DNA of 64,000 nt from an uncultured Nitrososphaerales archaeon (GCA_963695855.1 CAVOHZ010000010.1:480001-544000), one strand, 5' to 3'. Positions 1 to 9,362 are shown, counted from the first letter of the stretch. The notes: generated by a model not told the origin, from the sequence alone. Program-made: numbers and translations.

Positions 1-1033
1 CCTCTGATAGGACTACCCTCACTATCTGATTTTCAGTATCTATTTCAACAACTGTAATTGCAGTTACCGACGAACTAAATCCAGGGTCAATACCTACACC
101 ATGTAAACAACCGGAATTGATAGATAAGTCTCTGTATTTCTCTCCTAATTCTATAGCGTCTTCAATGTCTACTAGACTGAATATGTTACCTATATGGCCT
201 GTATATTGGAGATTGTATTCTCTTTCGAATGATGGCGAGATTTTGGCCTTTTCAATATCTTCTGTTGAATATATTTTATCCAATCCATACCTGTAGTCTA
301 ATTTGATTCTTTTATAAAGACATTCGTTTACTGGTTCTTGTTCAATAGTTTGCATAAGTCCACCTGGAGCATTTGGTGTACTAACCATTACAATGAAAGG
401 GTTAGACTTTGCGATATAACGTTCTGATACTGCTCTTACATCTTCCTGTTGACCCTTACTAAAAAAGTCACATTCATCTAATAAAATGAATTTAGGATTA
501 TCTAGACTTCGGAAACTATCTACATGATGACTAGGAAAACTTTCGATAGTCACACCATTTAGTTTAACAAGGGTTTCTTTTGTATCAAAGTAAATATTTA
601 ATTGTTGAAATAAATTTTTTATTCTAGTTATTAATTTCTTTGAAAGTTCCCAATTAGGTCCAGTAACAAGTACAAATTGAGAACCCTGGTATGTATTATC
701 TTTAAGACATAGATAGACCATATATCTTAGGAATAATTCAGTAATACCTAATCCTGTAGCCTTCAATATCCATAAATGTTTACTATCTTTTAATAATTCT
801 ATAATCTGATTCTCATAATCAAATAATGGTTTCTCTAACCCATTTTTTTGGGGCATGCCTAATATATGATTAAAACAACATGTTCCATTAGTTGTCACAT
901 ATTGCTTATTATGCTCTACTTTATCCCATATGTAAAATGGTTTATCTTTGAAGATTTGTAGTCTTGGATTGCTAGTATTAGAATACTGGTTCTGATTCTG
1001 TGATATTAGTTTCTGTAAGTCTTTCCATCCCAT
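1..1033 (-). CDS. Terminase large subunit-like ATPase/nuclease, 3' part truncated by window edge (not in ORF track)
   Basis: Manual translation from ATG at 1033: MGWKDLQKLI...KPLFDYENQI...WILKATGLGITE (deviant Walker A)...FILLDECDF (Walker B)...MVSTPN (coupling motif)...FEREY...GVGIDPG (start of RNase H-like nuclease). The frame is open to position 1 and overlaps the 3' end of the TerS-like gene. Confidence 0.85.
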   Translation of the reverse strand, partial: MGWKDLQKLISQNQNQYSNTSNPRLQIFKDKPFYIWDKVEHNKQYVTTNGTCCFNHILGMPQKNGLEKPLFDYENQIIELLKDSKHLWILKATGLGITELFLRYMVYLCLKDNTYQGSQFVLVTGPNWELSKKLITRIKNLFQQLNIYFDTKETLVKLNGVTIESFPSHHVDSFRSLDNPKFILLDECDFFSKGQQEDVRAVSERYIAKSNPFIVMVSTPNAPGGLMQTIEQEPVNECLYKRIKLDYRYGLDKIYSTEDIEKAKISPSFEREYNLQYTGHIGNIFSLVDIEDAIELGEKYRDLSINSGCLHGVGIDPGFSSSVTAITVVEIDTENQIVRVVLSE

Positions 1034-1499
1034 TGTTATTATTTACCTTACCATTACCATTATTATTAGATAATTTGTTTTTGTGTACTTCTACGAATTT
1101 AATAGAATCCTGCAGTAATGAAGCGTTAGTTAATAGGTCCATTTTAGTTGAATAGGTATCCTTTATCAGTGATAACGATTGTAGTTTCTCTTTTGTATCC
1201 CCTTCCTTTTCTGCTTTTGCTGCTATAATCCAGGATTCCTTAATGATTTCTTCCAAACCCTGCAGACATTTGTTATATTCGTACGGTAACCGTTGCTGTA
1301 TATGATTCCTTATTATCTCTATTGCCTGTTCCTTCAATAGGTCCGCATCTCTTGAAATGGTAGCCTCACTTATCTGCAGCATCCTCGATATCTCTGCCTG
1401 TGAGTATCCCTTAACTGCTAACTCCTGGACCTTACTACGACGCCACTTGAGGCGTTCTTTCATCTGTGATTTTGGACCTTTCATCTTTTCATTAGCCAA
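978..1499 (-). CDS. HTH protein, probable terminase small subunit
   Basis: N-terminal HTH (GYSQAEISRMLQISEATISRD) followed by helical/coiled region; directly upstream of and overlapping TerL. Confidence 0.65.
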   Translation of the reverse strand: MANEKMKGPKSQMKERLKWRRSKVQELAVKGYSQAEISRMLQISEATISRDADLLKEQAIEIIRNHIQQRLPYEYNKCLQGLEEIIKESWIIAAKAEKEGDTKEKLQSLSLIKDTYSTKMDLLTNASLLQDSIKFVEVHKNKLSNNNGNGKVNNNNGMERLTETNITESEPVF

Positions 1500-1602
1500 C
1501 TCTTAATACTTGCATTTAGGTTAGTAACTATAATAAGTATAGTGGATTCAACTGCCAGGACAGAAGACACATTAAGGCGATTCATAGACATACCGTTAGT
1601 AT

Positions 1603-2031
1603 ATGATAATGGTAATGACATTTAATAAAAATATAATATTTGTACTGTTGATAGCAGCATCTATCTTTTTTAATATAGTACCTGCATTAGCAGTAGAAAC
1701 AGTAGACCGGTGTACATATTATGGCGGTACTTGGGACGACACCGATACCATCTGTAATTTTGATGACCCAGAAAAGAAAGCAGTGTATGAGGCCGCCTTC
1801 CAAGCATGGCTAGCAGAGTATGAAGACGTCAATCCAACAATACTACATCTATGTGAAAGTTACGGTGGTACTTGGGACACGATAAGTAATGACTGTGTTA
1901 TTTATGACCCAGAAAAGAAAGCCGCATATGAGATAGCATATGATGTCGCCTATCAAGAATGGAAAGCAGAGATAGAGAAATCAAATCAGGAAGTAATAGG
2001 CGGATACTGTGTATTTGCAGGATGTGATTAA
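1603..2031 (+). CDS. Secreted Cys-rich protein with two internal repeats
   Basis: Signal peptide ending ALA; two copies of CxxYGGTWD..C...DPEKKAxYExA. Confidence 0.75.
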   Translation: MIMVMTFNKNIIFVLLIAASIFFNIVPALAVETVDRCTYYGGTWDDTDTICNFDDPEKKAVYEAAFQAWLAEYEDVNPTILHLCESYGGTWDTISNDCVIYDPEKKAAYEIAYDVAYQEWKAEIEKSNQEVIGGYCVFAGCD

Positions 2032-2037
2032 ATAAAG

Positions 2038-2337
2038 TTGATGACCGAATTAAAAATGGTAACAACAGCAGTTGTGATGGTGGTGTTGTTAGTAATGCCT
2101 ATGTTTTTTAATATAGCATATGCAGAAACAGAATTTGCCAAACCAACACAACAACTATGTGAAGGCCGATACTATAACGGTACTTGGACTGGTACCGATT
2201 GTATTGAAATCCCTGATCCACAAAAGGAAGCAGAGTGGGAAGTATTGAAAGTAGTGGAAGCAATGGAAGCAGAGAGAATAGCAGAAGAATGGAAACGAGC
2301 ATGTATGCTACCTGGGTCGTGTACGTTCATCAAGTGA
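2038..2337 (+). CDS. Secreted Cys-rich paralogue with one copy of the same module
   Basis: Signal peptide ending AYA; CEGRYYNGTWTGTDC...DPQKEAEWE resembles the upstream repeats. Confidence 0.7.
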   Translation: MMTELKMVTTAVVMVVLLVMPMFFNIAYAETEFAKPTQQLCEGRYYNGTWTGTDCIEIPDPQKEAEWEVLKVVEAMEAERIAEEWKRACMLPGSCTFIK

Positions 2338-2344
2338 ATGCAGT

Positions 2345-2464
2345 ATGGCCATCATAAAAGTCGATGCCTTCAAGTGTAACGTCTGCGGCCACATCTGGAT
2401 CCCGTGCTGGTCCACGGTAATAGGTTCAAGTTGTTCGTGTACCATTAGCGATTTTTCCAAATAA
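2345..2464 (+). CDS. 39-aa Zn-ribbon-like microprotein, possibly truncated
   Basis: MAIIKVDAFKCNVCGHIWIPCW...; CxxCxHxW motif; starts 7 bp after the previous stop. Confidence 0.4.
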   Translation: MAIIKVDAFKCNVCGHIWIPCWSTVIGSSCSCTISDFSK

Positions 2465-2653
2465 TCTTAATTGTTGTCATTTTCTTACTATTCACTCTCC
2501 CAGATGTTATCTTTAAAGTCTACGTGAATACAAAAAGTTGTAAATTCAAAAGAACAAGCCTTACAATACTTTGCAGACTTCGACCATAAGGATTGCATGG
2601 TTAAGGCCTTTTATAACTCCAAACTAGAAGTACTATACAATTTTGTATTACCT

Positions 2654-2790
2654 ATATGACCATCTGGTACATATGACCGAATTTTCATTCCCATTTTTTT
2701 TAAATTATTATCATTCATGATTATCATCCATTTTTTTTACCATTCTCAAACTGGTCATATACACCAGATAGTCATATGACCTATATGACC
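2654..2790. repeat. Inverted repeat and ATATGACC iteron cluster flanking an AT-rich spacer (candidate replication origin)
   Basis: 25-bp arms 2654-2678 and 2753-2777 (22/25 complementary) around a 74-bp AT-rich spacer; ATATGACC at 2654, 2671, 2774 and 2783, and in reverse at 2753. Confidence 0.7.
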
Positions 2791-5037
2791 TCATGTCAAT
2801 ACCTCATTTCCACTGGAACTTTCTTCATCTTCTGTTCCAATTTTTGCAACAACATACTTTAGTGTCTTGGGTTTTAGGCTTACTGTTCTAACGTTCAAGG
2901 TCTCCCCTAACCTATCTATAATATCTTGAAGAGATTTATTGGTGTCAAGGGTCCATTTATCCTTCAAGTATTCTTTGATAACTGTTTTTCGTTCGGCTGC
3001 TTGCTTGCATAGTTCATGTACTGTAAATTCTACACCTGCATTTTCATGCAAAATAACATGAAATTCCTCAATTACTACGTCCCTGGGGTCCGATACACTA
3101 TCCACTATTGCGCCGTACTGTTGGAACATCAATTTCATAAGGTTCATTGTTTTGGTTGCTATCATGTCGTCAACCGTCCAGGACATGTTTAATTTGGCCT
3201 GTGCTTCTGCTATCCTCTGAATAAAGTCGAATGTTCTGTTAGAGGCTACACCCTTTAATTTCGCATTAACCCAGAATTGATTAAGTCGTTTTTGAGAATA
3301 ACCAGTCCATTTAGGTACAATACCTTTAACATGTTCCAGGTATTTATTCAGAAATCTATAGTTGTGTGGCTTCCTATTCTTTATCTTGGTTTTTTCTTCT
3401 GTGTAGTGAGTTAATTCCTCCTTAGTTTCAAAGTCAAAGAATGCATAAACCTGGTCGAACCTATTCAATAGATTTTTCTTTATTGGAATCTTTGAATTTG
3501 ATATTTTATCCTTGGAATCCCATGTCATATTTACGGGGTTGGTTGTTGCTATAACTGTAGTAGGTGCATCTATCTCAAAATGTCTGCTATATCTTTCCAG
3601 TGTACAACGGCCTTCCTCTACTATCTCATCAAAATACTTTTGGTCCTCATAATCCATTACTCCAATCTCGTTTATTACTACATGCGAATTCTTTGCAAGG
3701 ACTAGTACCCCATACGATACGGATAGACTGTTATCGTTATCTTTTTCTACAATTCCTATTAGAGATTTACCGTTAATTCCAGATGCAGTAACATATTTAG
3801 AATTAGGATTTATCCTTGTTGACTCTTTACCTAACACAGATTTGGAGGTACCCAGGTCTCCAACCAGTAACGTGTTTATCCTTCCCCTCCTACCGTTATC
3901 AATACCACTGATTTTATTTCCTCCAACTACAGAACGTAAAATACCTATCTTCTTATCATTATGACCTACTACATTGGGTGCAAACATAGAGACAACTATC
4001 TGTTCAAACGTCATTGGTTTAACGTAGTGTTTACATGCTGGACATTTAGGATATTTCTTAATTAGTTCAAAATCCTTCTTATATTTCTCATCACAGACAT
4101 CCTTCCATCTCTTGATAACATCCACGTCTTTTTCAGTTAATTGTATTTTCTCTTTGCTCCTTGATACTATGTTCCGGCTATGAAGTACATTGATTAGTTT
4201 TTTAGACCTCTCACCAGAACCTGGCTGAATTCTTATGTTTCCTCTTATATCTACAATTTCACCAGAAACTATATTATCAATTGCATCTCCATACAAAATG
4301 ACGTGAAGTCTATCATATTGGTCTTCGATATTTTCGATATCGTCTAACCATATTTTCTTGGCCTTTATGGTTTCTTTAGTTATTTCAAATCCTGTACTTT
4401 TACATCTGAAACATACAGACGTTGGTGAGTTTGTAGCAACACTGAAAATCTTGGGAAGATATTCTAATGGAAAATCATCAAAAGATTGGGAACCCTGGTT
4501 ATCACAGTCCAACGCAGCACATTTCCAATCCAACTTGGTTATAGCCTTGTATGTGATTGTTATTCCTGATATCCTACCTGTTACCAGTGCAGGCCCTTCC
4601 TCAGGTGTTCTGATTGCCTCTATAACAGATATAGGCCTATTTTCCTGTTCCTCACGTTCTTTTTGTTCTTTTTGTATTTGTTCCTGTATACTCTGATTTA
4701 ATTTGTAAATATTATATTCTTTAATAGTATGAATCATCTTTTCTTTGTTAATCTCTAAATGAAGAACTTCAATGATACAACCTGTGTCAAATGAATCAAT
4801 ATTATATTCTTCATCTAGTTTTTTGATAAGATATTCAATATTCTCGTTTTTTACATCGCCAAATTTATCAAATGTAATAGGGAATATTATTAATGGGATT
4901 TCGTTGTGTACCCCATTCAACTTCAAAAGGCCTTCATTTGATTCTCCATTAAAATCAAATCTTTCTATGGTTTCATCTTCTACTAGTCTGGGAGTAAGTT
5001 CCAGGGCAACAATAAATTCTTTAGTGGTAGTAGTCAT
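2791..5037 (-). CDS. mcm: MCM-family replicative helicase (element-encoded, divergent)
   Basis: Zn finger (CAALDC...CFRC), OB fold, FAPNVVGH..K, INTLLVGDLGTSKS (Walker A), VVINE (Walker B variant), ATTNP (sensor 1), LLNRFD (Arg finger), RIAEAQAKL. Confidence 0.9.
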   Translation of the reverse strand: MTTTTKEFIVALELTPRLVEDETIERFDFNGESNEGLLKLNGVHNEIPLIIFPITFDKFGDVKNENIEYLIKKLDEEYNIDSFDTGCIIEVLHLEINKEKMIHTIKEYNIYKLNQSIQEQIQKEQKEREEQENRPISVIEAIRTPEEGPALVTGRISGITITYKAITKLDWKCAALDCDNQGSQSFDDFPLEYLPKIFSVATNSPTSVCFRCKSTGFEITKETIKAKKIWLDDIENIEDQYDRLHVILYGDAIDNIVSGEIVDIRGNIRIQPGSGERSKKLINVLHSRNIVSRSKEKIQLTEKDVDVIKRWKDVCDEKYKKDFELIKKYPKCPACKHYVKPMTFEQIVVSMFAPNVVGHNDKKIGILRSVVGGNKISGIDNGRRGRINTLLVGDLGTSKSVLGKESTRINPNSKYVTASGINGKSLIGIVEKDNDNSLSVSYGVLVLAKNSHVVINEIGVMDYEDQKYFDEIVEEGRCTLERYSRHFEIDAPTTVIATTNPVNMTWDSKDKISNSKIPIKKNLLNRFDQVYAFFDFETKEELTHYTEEKTKIKNRKPHNYRFLNKYLEHVKGIVPKWTGYSQKRLNQFWVNAKLKGVASNRTFDFIQRIAEAQAKLNMSWTVDDMIATKTMNLMKLMFQQYGAIVDSVSDPRDVVIEEFHVILHENAGVEFTVHELCKQAAERKTVIKEYLKDKWTLDTNKSLQDIIDRLGETLNVRTVSLKPKTLKYVVAKIGTEDEESSSGNEVLT

Positions 5038-5354
5038 TGGAAAAATGTCTCCAACTTTTGAATTTTATCTAGAATTTTGTTTGTGTCTGATTTACAATTT
5101 GCGATTGATTTTTGTGTTGATTTAAGTTCTTCCTGCAGTATTTGATAGTCTGAATGTAGTATCCAACATGTCGAACATTTACATTTTTTTCTAGCAGTTG
5201 AATTATTTTCTAGAGCAAAACTTTTATGTTCTGCAGTTCCAATACAACCTGGAAGTTCATTAGTTCGTCTAGGTTGACCTTCTCTTTTCATGTAGTCATA
5301 GGTTCCGTCACCTGATTTTGTGGCGGGACTTTTGATCTTTTTATTTAATCTCAA
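5034..5354 (-). CDS. Small hypothetical protein (Cys/His cluster plus coiled coil) coupled to MCM
   Basis: Stop overlaps MCM start; CKCSTC..H followed by a heptad-like C-terminus. Start uncertain. Confidence 0.55.
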   Translation of the reverse strand: MRLNKKIKSPATKSGDGTYDYMKREGQPRRTNELPGCIGTAEHKSFALENNSTARKKCKCSTCWILHSDYQILQEELKSTQKSIANCKSDTNKILDKIQKLETFFQ

Positions 5355-5426
5355 AAAGTGTTACGCCTCCCGACAGATACAGATTTTGAATGCACTAAAG
5401 ATTTGTCAGTCACTACAGGCAAAGTA

Positions 5427-5588
5427 TTAAATCCTGTAGCCAACCAACGCCGAGAGGGATAGGAGTGTAATGATATTTTGAAGTTTTGTTAAATTTTGTG
5501 GAAATTTATGAATTTCTGTAAGCGTAGTTTGTGCGTAACTATTGATATCAGTACAAACCTTTAAAAATGAATATTTTATATCATCCAT
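5427..5588 (-). CDS. 53-aa hypothetical microprotein
   Basis: MDDIKYSF...VGYRI*, same strand as the replication module; no recognisable motif. Confidence 0.3.
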   Translation of the reverse strand: MDDIKYSFLKVCTDINSYAQTTLTEIHKFPQNLTKLQNIITLLSLSALVGYRI

Positions 5589-5669
5589 TTAGCGTTCGTC
5601 TCCGGTGTCTGCGTGGGATAATGCTTTTATGCTCGGCGGAGTGCTTGCCGCCCGGGCTACCTTTTATTA

Positions 5670-5855
5670 TCATTCCTGGGGACTAGTCTCCACTTTTTTT
5701 CTAAATTCTATTAGTTCATGAACCCTTTCGCTAAAGGTTTGATCCTTCCTGGTTTCAGAAACTAATTCGTTATAAACCTCAGGTCTTAACCCGATGTTTT
5801 TTCTGATTTGATGTTCTTTCAACAACATTATTTTCATATAGTGGTGTAAATTCAT
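5670..5855 (-). CDS. RHH/antitoxin-like DNA-binding protein
   Basis: RKNIGLRPEVYNELV...QTFSERVHELIE fits the beta-strand-helix-helix pattern of archaeal DUF217/CopG-like proteins. Confidence 0.6.
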   Translation of the reverse strand: MNLHHYMKIMLLKEHQIRKNIGLRPEVYNELVSETRKDQTFSERVHELIEFRKKVETSPQE

Positions 5856-6496
5856 TATTAATAAAACTTCTTTTACTCAAAAAATTATTACGCAACATAT
5901 TCAATTGGAGCACGATATGCATGAATGTCAGACCATCGAAAGGACATATCCTGAGGCTTAATACACATCGAAGACGTGTTTACTTTAATGACATCTGTTC
6001 CTGATGAAAGTAGGTGTACAAGCATACATCGAGAGGTGCGGTGAAAGAATAAGAACAATAATATAATATGTGCATGCTGCTTGTCCAATAATTTACAGAA
6101 AGATGGTCTTTACTGACCGTACGAAGTTTTCTTTTTTAAAGAATGATTCAATTACAAACCATGCACGGTATTCCATTATTCACATACCTCATGGAAGATA
6201 TGGTTTATGCCAATGTATCTATAATTTGTACTCTAGCATAGTTGTTCTATAAGAGAGATATAGCGTGAGTCAGTTGTACTGTGAATAACACAATACAGAA
6301 ACAACATCTATCGGATCTGGATAAGAAAATTTGGGGGTTTAAACGAGTACAATTTAGGAATATATTCTAGAGTATTAAAGGTTATTCATAATAATACATA
6401 CAGGAAAAGACAGGAGAGATTCATGAAGTTTCTTTGTGGTAGGTAGATGAAACATTCGAAAAATAAGAACAAATATTTTTTATACACTACGTCATG

Positions 6497-7738
6497 TTAT
6501 AACACAGGATTATTATCTAATTTTTCAACAGAATTTTTTAAGATATAAAAATATTTTGTTGGCACTATATCTCCGTCTTTTGTTAAATAAATTAAATTAA
6601 AATTCTGTGGAGGTGTATCAATATAATTCCAGTTCCAAAATGCCCAACCTTGTATATTTGATTTATTGAATTTATTTACAAAGAAATCTGATTCATTTTG
6701 AGTCAAGTCACTTTTATCAACATTTATTTTATTGGTATCTGTTTTATCTGTGGTACTAGTCTTATCTCTTATCACGTGGTTCCATTCTCCTACGTACAGG
6801 GGAACTCCTGCTAATTTAGAGACATTCTCGAGTAGTTCTAGCTTTTTTTCTTGATAATTATCTTTCATTGGGATACCATAAAGTGAGATTTTAAAAATCG
6901 ACTTGCTGTCTTTTGGGATAATTTTTACCATATTTTCAGACGTAAGATTAATAGTTGGATCGCCAAACTTTATGGGAATGGTCATATCTATTACTACTAT
7001 CTTCTTTGTTTGTTCCCTGATTTCATTAATCATAAAAGCGTAATATTTTCCAATTTTTGACCATTGATCTTCCGAAAAAATTTGCGGCTCGTTGAGAATC
7101 TCATATCCCAGGGTACTATTATGGTTATCAAGTAATCTGGCAATAGTTTTCAGGAAATTAGCCTGAAGAATCCATCCGTCTGTTTTATTATTCTCGTGCA
7201 CTATATTTCTATCCCACCAATTTGTCCACCATAGTTTAGTAGCATTCCCTGAGTTCTTTGTTTCTGAATTGTAGGGATAAATATTTTTATCAAAGAGGAA
7301 AGACGGGAATCCAGTACCTCTTTTTTCATCAAACCAACTTGACGTATGAAATTGATGATTATCATATATTATATTCAATCCCCATTTGTCTGCAAGAGAT
7401 GCCATACTTTCTAATTCATCTAAAAATAATTTCCGATTATTTTCATATGCTTCCCAATATAACACATATCTAACATGGTTCAATCCCATACTTTTAATAA
7501 GCTTGAAGCTATCATTATAATAGCCATCCATAATGGTCACATTAGGAAATCTTTCGTAATTCAAACTGGTATATTTTCCTTTCATGTTTACCCCAAGAAG
7601 TTTTTCACCATTTTCAGGATATGAATATGCGTTTTTAATTTCTAAAGTGTAAGAAAAAGAAATTGTTAGTATAACAATAAGTAATACTGCTAGATATTGT
7701 AAATTTATTTTATTCTTTAACATTTTTAAAACACACAT
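6497..7738 (-). CDS. Secreted glycoside hydrolase family 5 (cellulase-like)
   Basis: N-terminal TM/signal; GLNHVR, DNHQ, GYEILNEP (acid/base), LYVGEW (nucleophile), GWAFW. Confidence 0.85.
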   Translation of the reverse strand: MCVLKMLKNKINLQYLAVLLIVILTISFSYTLEIKNAYSYPENGEKLLGVNMKGKYTSLNYERFPNVTIMDGYYNDSFKLIKSMGLNHVRYVLYWEAYENNRKLFLDELESMASLADKWGLNIIYDNHQFHTSSWFDEKRGTGFPSFLFDKNIYPYNSETKNSGNATKLWWTNWWDRNIVHENNKTDGWILQANFLKTIARLLDNHNSTLGYEILNEPQIFSEDQWSKIGKYYAFMINEIREQTKKIVVIDMTIPIKFGDPTINLTSENMVKIIPKDSKSIFKISLYGIPMKDNYQEKKLELLENVSKLAGVPLYVGEWNHVIRDKTSTTDKTDTNKINVDKSDLTQNESDFFVNKFNKSNIQGWAFWNWNYIDTPPQNFNLIYLTKDGDIVPTKYFYILKNSVEKLDNNPVL

Positions 7739-7851
7739 GCTATACTTTTTAAGTAATAAATGTTATTAATAAAAATTATTAACGAGTATAGTACATTAAC
7801 AACAGAAATAGGTGAATAAAGTTTAATTATTTTAAAAAAATTTAAAATATC

Positions 7852-8454
7852 TTATGTTATTTGACCTCTGATTTCGCCATCAGGATTAGATTCGCTATGA
7901 ACATTCACGTAGGTGTCTCCACTTTCTATTAAAGTGATCAGATCAGAAATATTCTTTCCTTTCAGGGGTCCTTGCAAATCCAAGCTATTGATTGTACCAC
8001 TTGCGAGGGAATTTTGTTTGTTTCCATTAATTGTTATAGAGTTAGATTCTATTTCAGAAATTTTTGTTGTATTTTGATTTTTAAATATGTCTTCCTTTAC
8101 ATTATATATACTCACCAATACATCTCCATTTTCACCCAAGTTACCTTTATGAATATGGATCCCTGTTATTTTTGGAACATCTAGAACATTAATTTGATAA
8201 TAAAGAGTTTTGTTGTCATCTAGTAATTCAAAAGACGTGCTTCCGATACCAGTTGTTTTAATGGGTGGTACCTGTTCGTTTCCAGTTAATGTCGCCGTAT
8301 ATTTATATTTTAGACTGTTGCTTTCATCTAGGTTTTTTCCGCTTTGCCCTTGACCATAAGCTAAGATGTTAGTATTTGATAAAAGCAATAACATCAATAT
8401 TCCCACAGAAAAAAATACTGTGGATATCACTAGACGTGTTTTATTTTTGTCCAT
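7852..8454 (-). CDS. CHRD domain protein, secreted
   Basis: LTGNEQVPP, HIHKG, YVNVHS..PDGEIRGQI. Confidence 0.9.
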   Translation of the reverse strand: MDKNKTRLVISTVFFSVGILMLLLLSNTNILAYGQGQSGKNLDESNSLKYKYTATLTGNEQVPPIKTTGIGSTSFELLDDNKTLYYQINVLDVPKITGIHIHKGNLGENGDVLVSIYNVKEDIFKNQNTTKISEIESNSITINGNKQNSLASGTINSLDLQGPLKGKNISDLITLIESGDTYVNVHSESNPDGEIRGQIT

Positions 8455-8598
8455 ATCAAATAGATTATAGGAATATATTTAAAAATTATTGAACTTTGTT
8501 AACCCCTATATTTCGATTGTAAGGTTCGTTTAGTATCAGTTAACGTAGTTTACTAATGGTTATATAATTATTAGTATACACATATTAATGATTTAAAA

Positions 8599-8817
8599 AT
8601 GTCTACAATCTCATATTTTAATAAATTGGTCCATAAAGGAGTTAGGACAAAAGATGGAAACATTTTAGGCAACGTAATAGCGGCAGATAGTGCATATATC
8701 ACTGTACGGGGAAGGCGAATCTTCCAATTTCCTGTTCAATTCATTGATCTATATAACGACACACAAGTTTTCTTGAGTATAGATACAAATGAATTATACA
8801 AGTACAAAATTTTTTAG
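8599..8817 (+). CDS. PRC-barrel-like small protein
   Basis: HKGVRTKDG..LGNV pattern. Confidence 0.6.
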   Translation: MSTISYFNKLVHKGVRTKDGNILGNVIAADSAYITVRGRRIFQFPVQFIDLYNDTQVFLSIDTNELYKYKIF

Positions 8818-9191
8818 GGATTTACACTTTTATTTTATTTTTGTATTTGTATAATAGGATTAATAGTAGAAGTGGTTAATAGTAGAATAAAAAGAATACA
8901 AAGTAAGTTAAGACTTTGTTCTTATACTTAAATATTTAACCTACTTCCACGGGGACAAATTTAAATGAAAGAATTAAGATGAGGAATTACCAATGATGTT
9001 ACTATGTTCTCTCTGCTCATTGGACTCTAAATATAAGATATCTTAATTTCGATTAAACTCCTCACTCTCATACCATACGTAATATGTTAATTTTTGACCT
9101 AGCCTAAAGATAAAGGGAATTGGAATGCAATAAAGATATCAATATAGTTATGCCAATTATTATAAGGAAATACTGACTTTATTATTAATCT

Positions 9192-9362
9192 TCATATATT
9201 TTGAATATAAAGTTTATTTTTTCTGCAAATAGGACATTTGCCAATATCACATTCACCTTTTAAAATAGTTGCACACCAATAACACGAGTTACAAAATACA
9301 AATTCACAATTATTTCTATTATAAAATTTTTTATTCACAGTAATAGTTTTATTATGATACAT
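9192..9362 (-). CDS. 56-aa Zn-finger microprotein (not in ORF track)
   Basis: MYHNK...FVFCNSCYWCATILK...KCPICRKNKLYIQNI*; two CxxC pairs. Confidence 0.6.
   Translation of the reverse strand: MYHNKTITVNKKFYNRNNCEFVFCNSCYWCATILKGECDIGKCPICRKNKLYIQNI

Larger units (their letters stand above)
1..6450. mobile_element. Right-hand part of an integrated virus/satellite/plasmid-like element (TerL, TerS-like, cargo, ori-like repeats, MCM, RHH)
   Basis: Cluster of terminase, divergent MCM and RHH genes with small orphan ORFs; host-like genes resume at 6497. The right boundary is approximate, no att site or integrase is visible, and the left part lies outside the window. Confidence 0.75.

Noticed and set aside
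6000-6050. CTGATGA...GAAA as a hammerhead ribozyme
   Set aside because: No stem II closing the core, and no stems I/III could be formed.
5888-6252. Short ORFs 5888-6088 and 6070-6252
   Set aside because: They overlap on opposite strands and have no motifs; probably non-coding element border.
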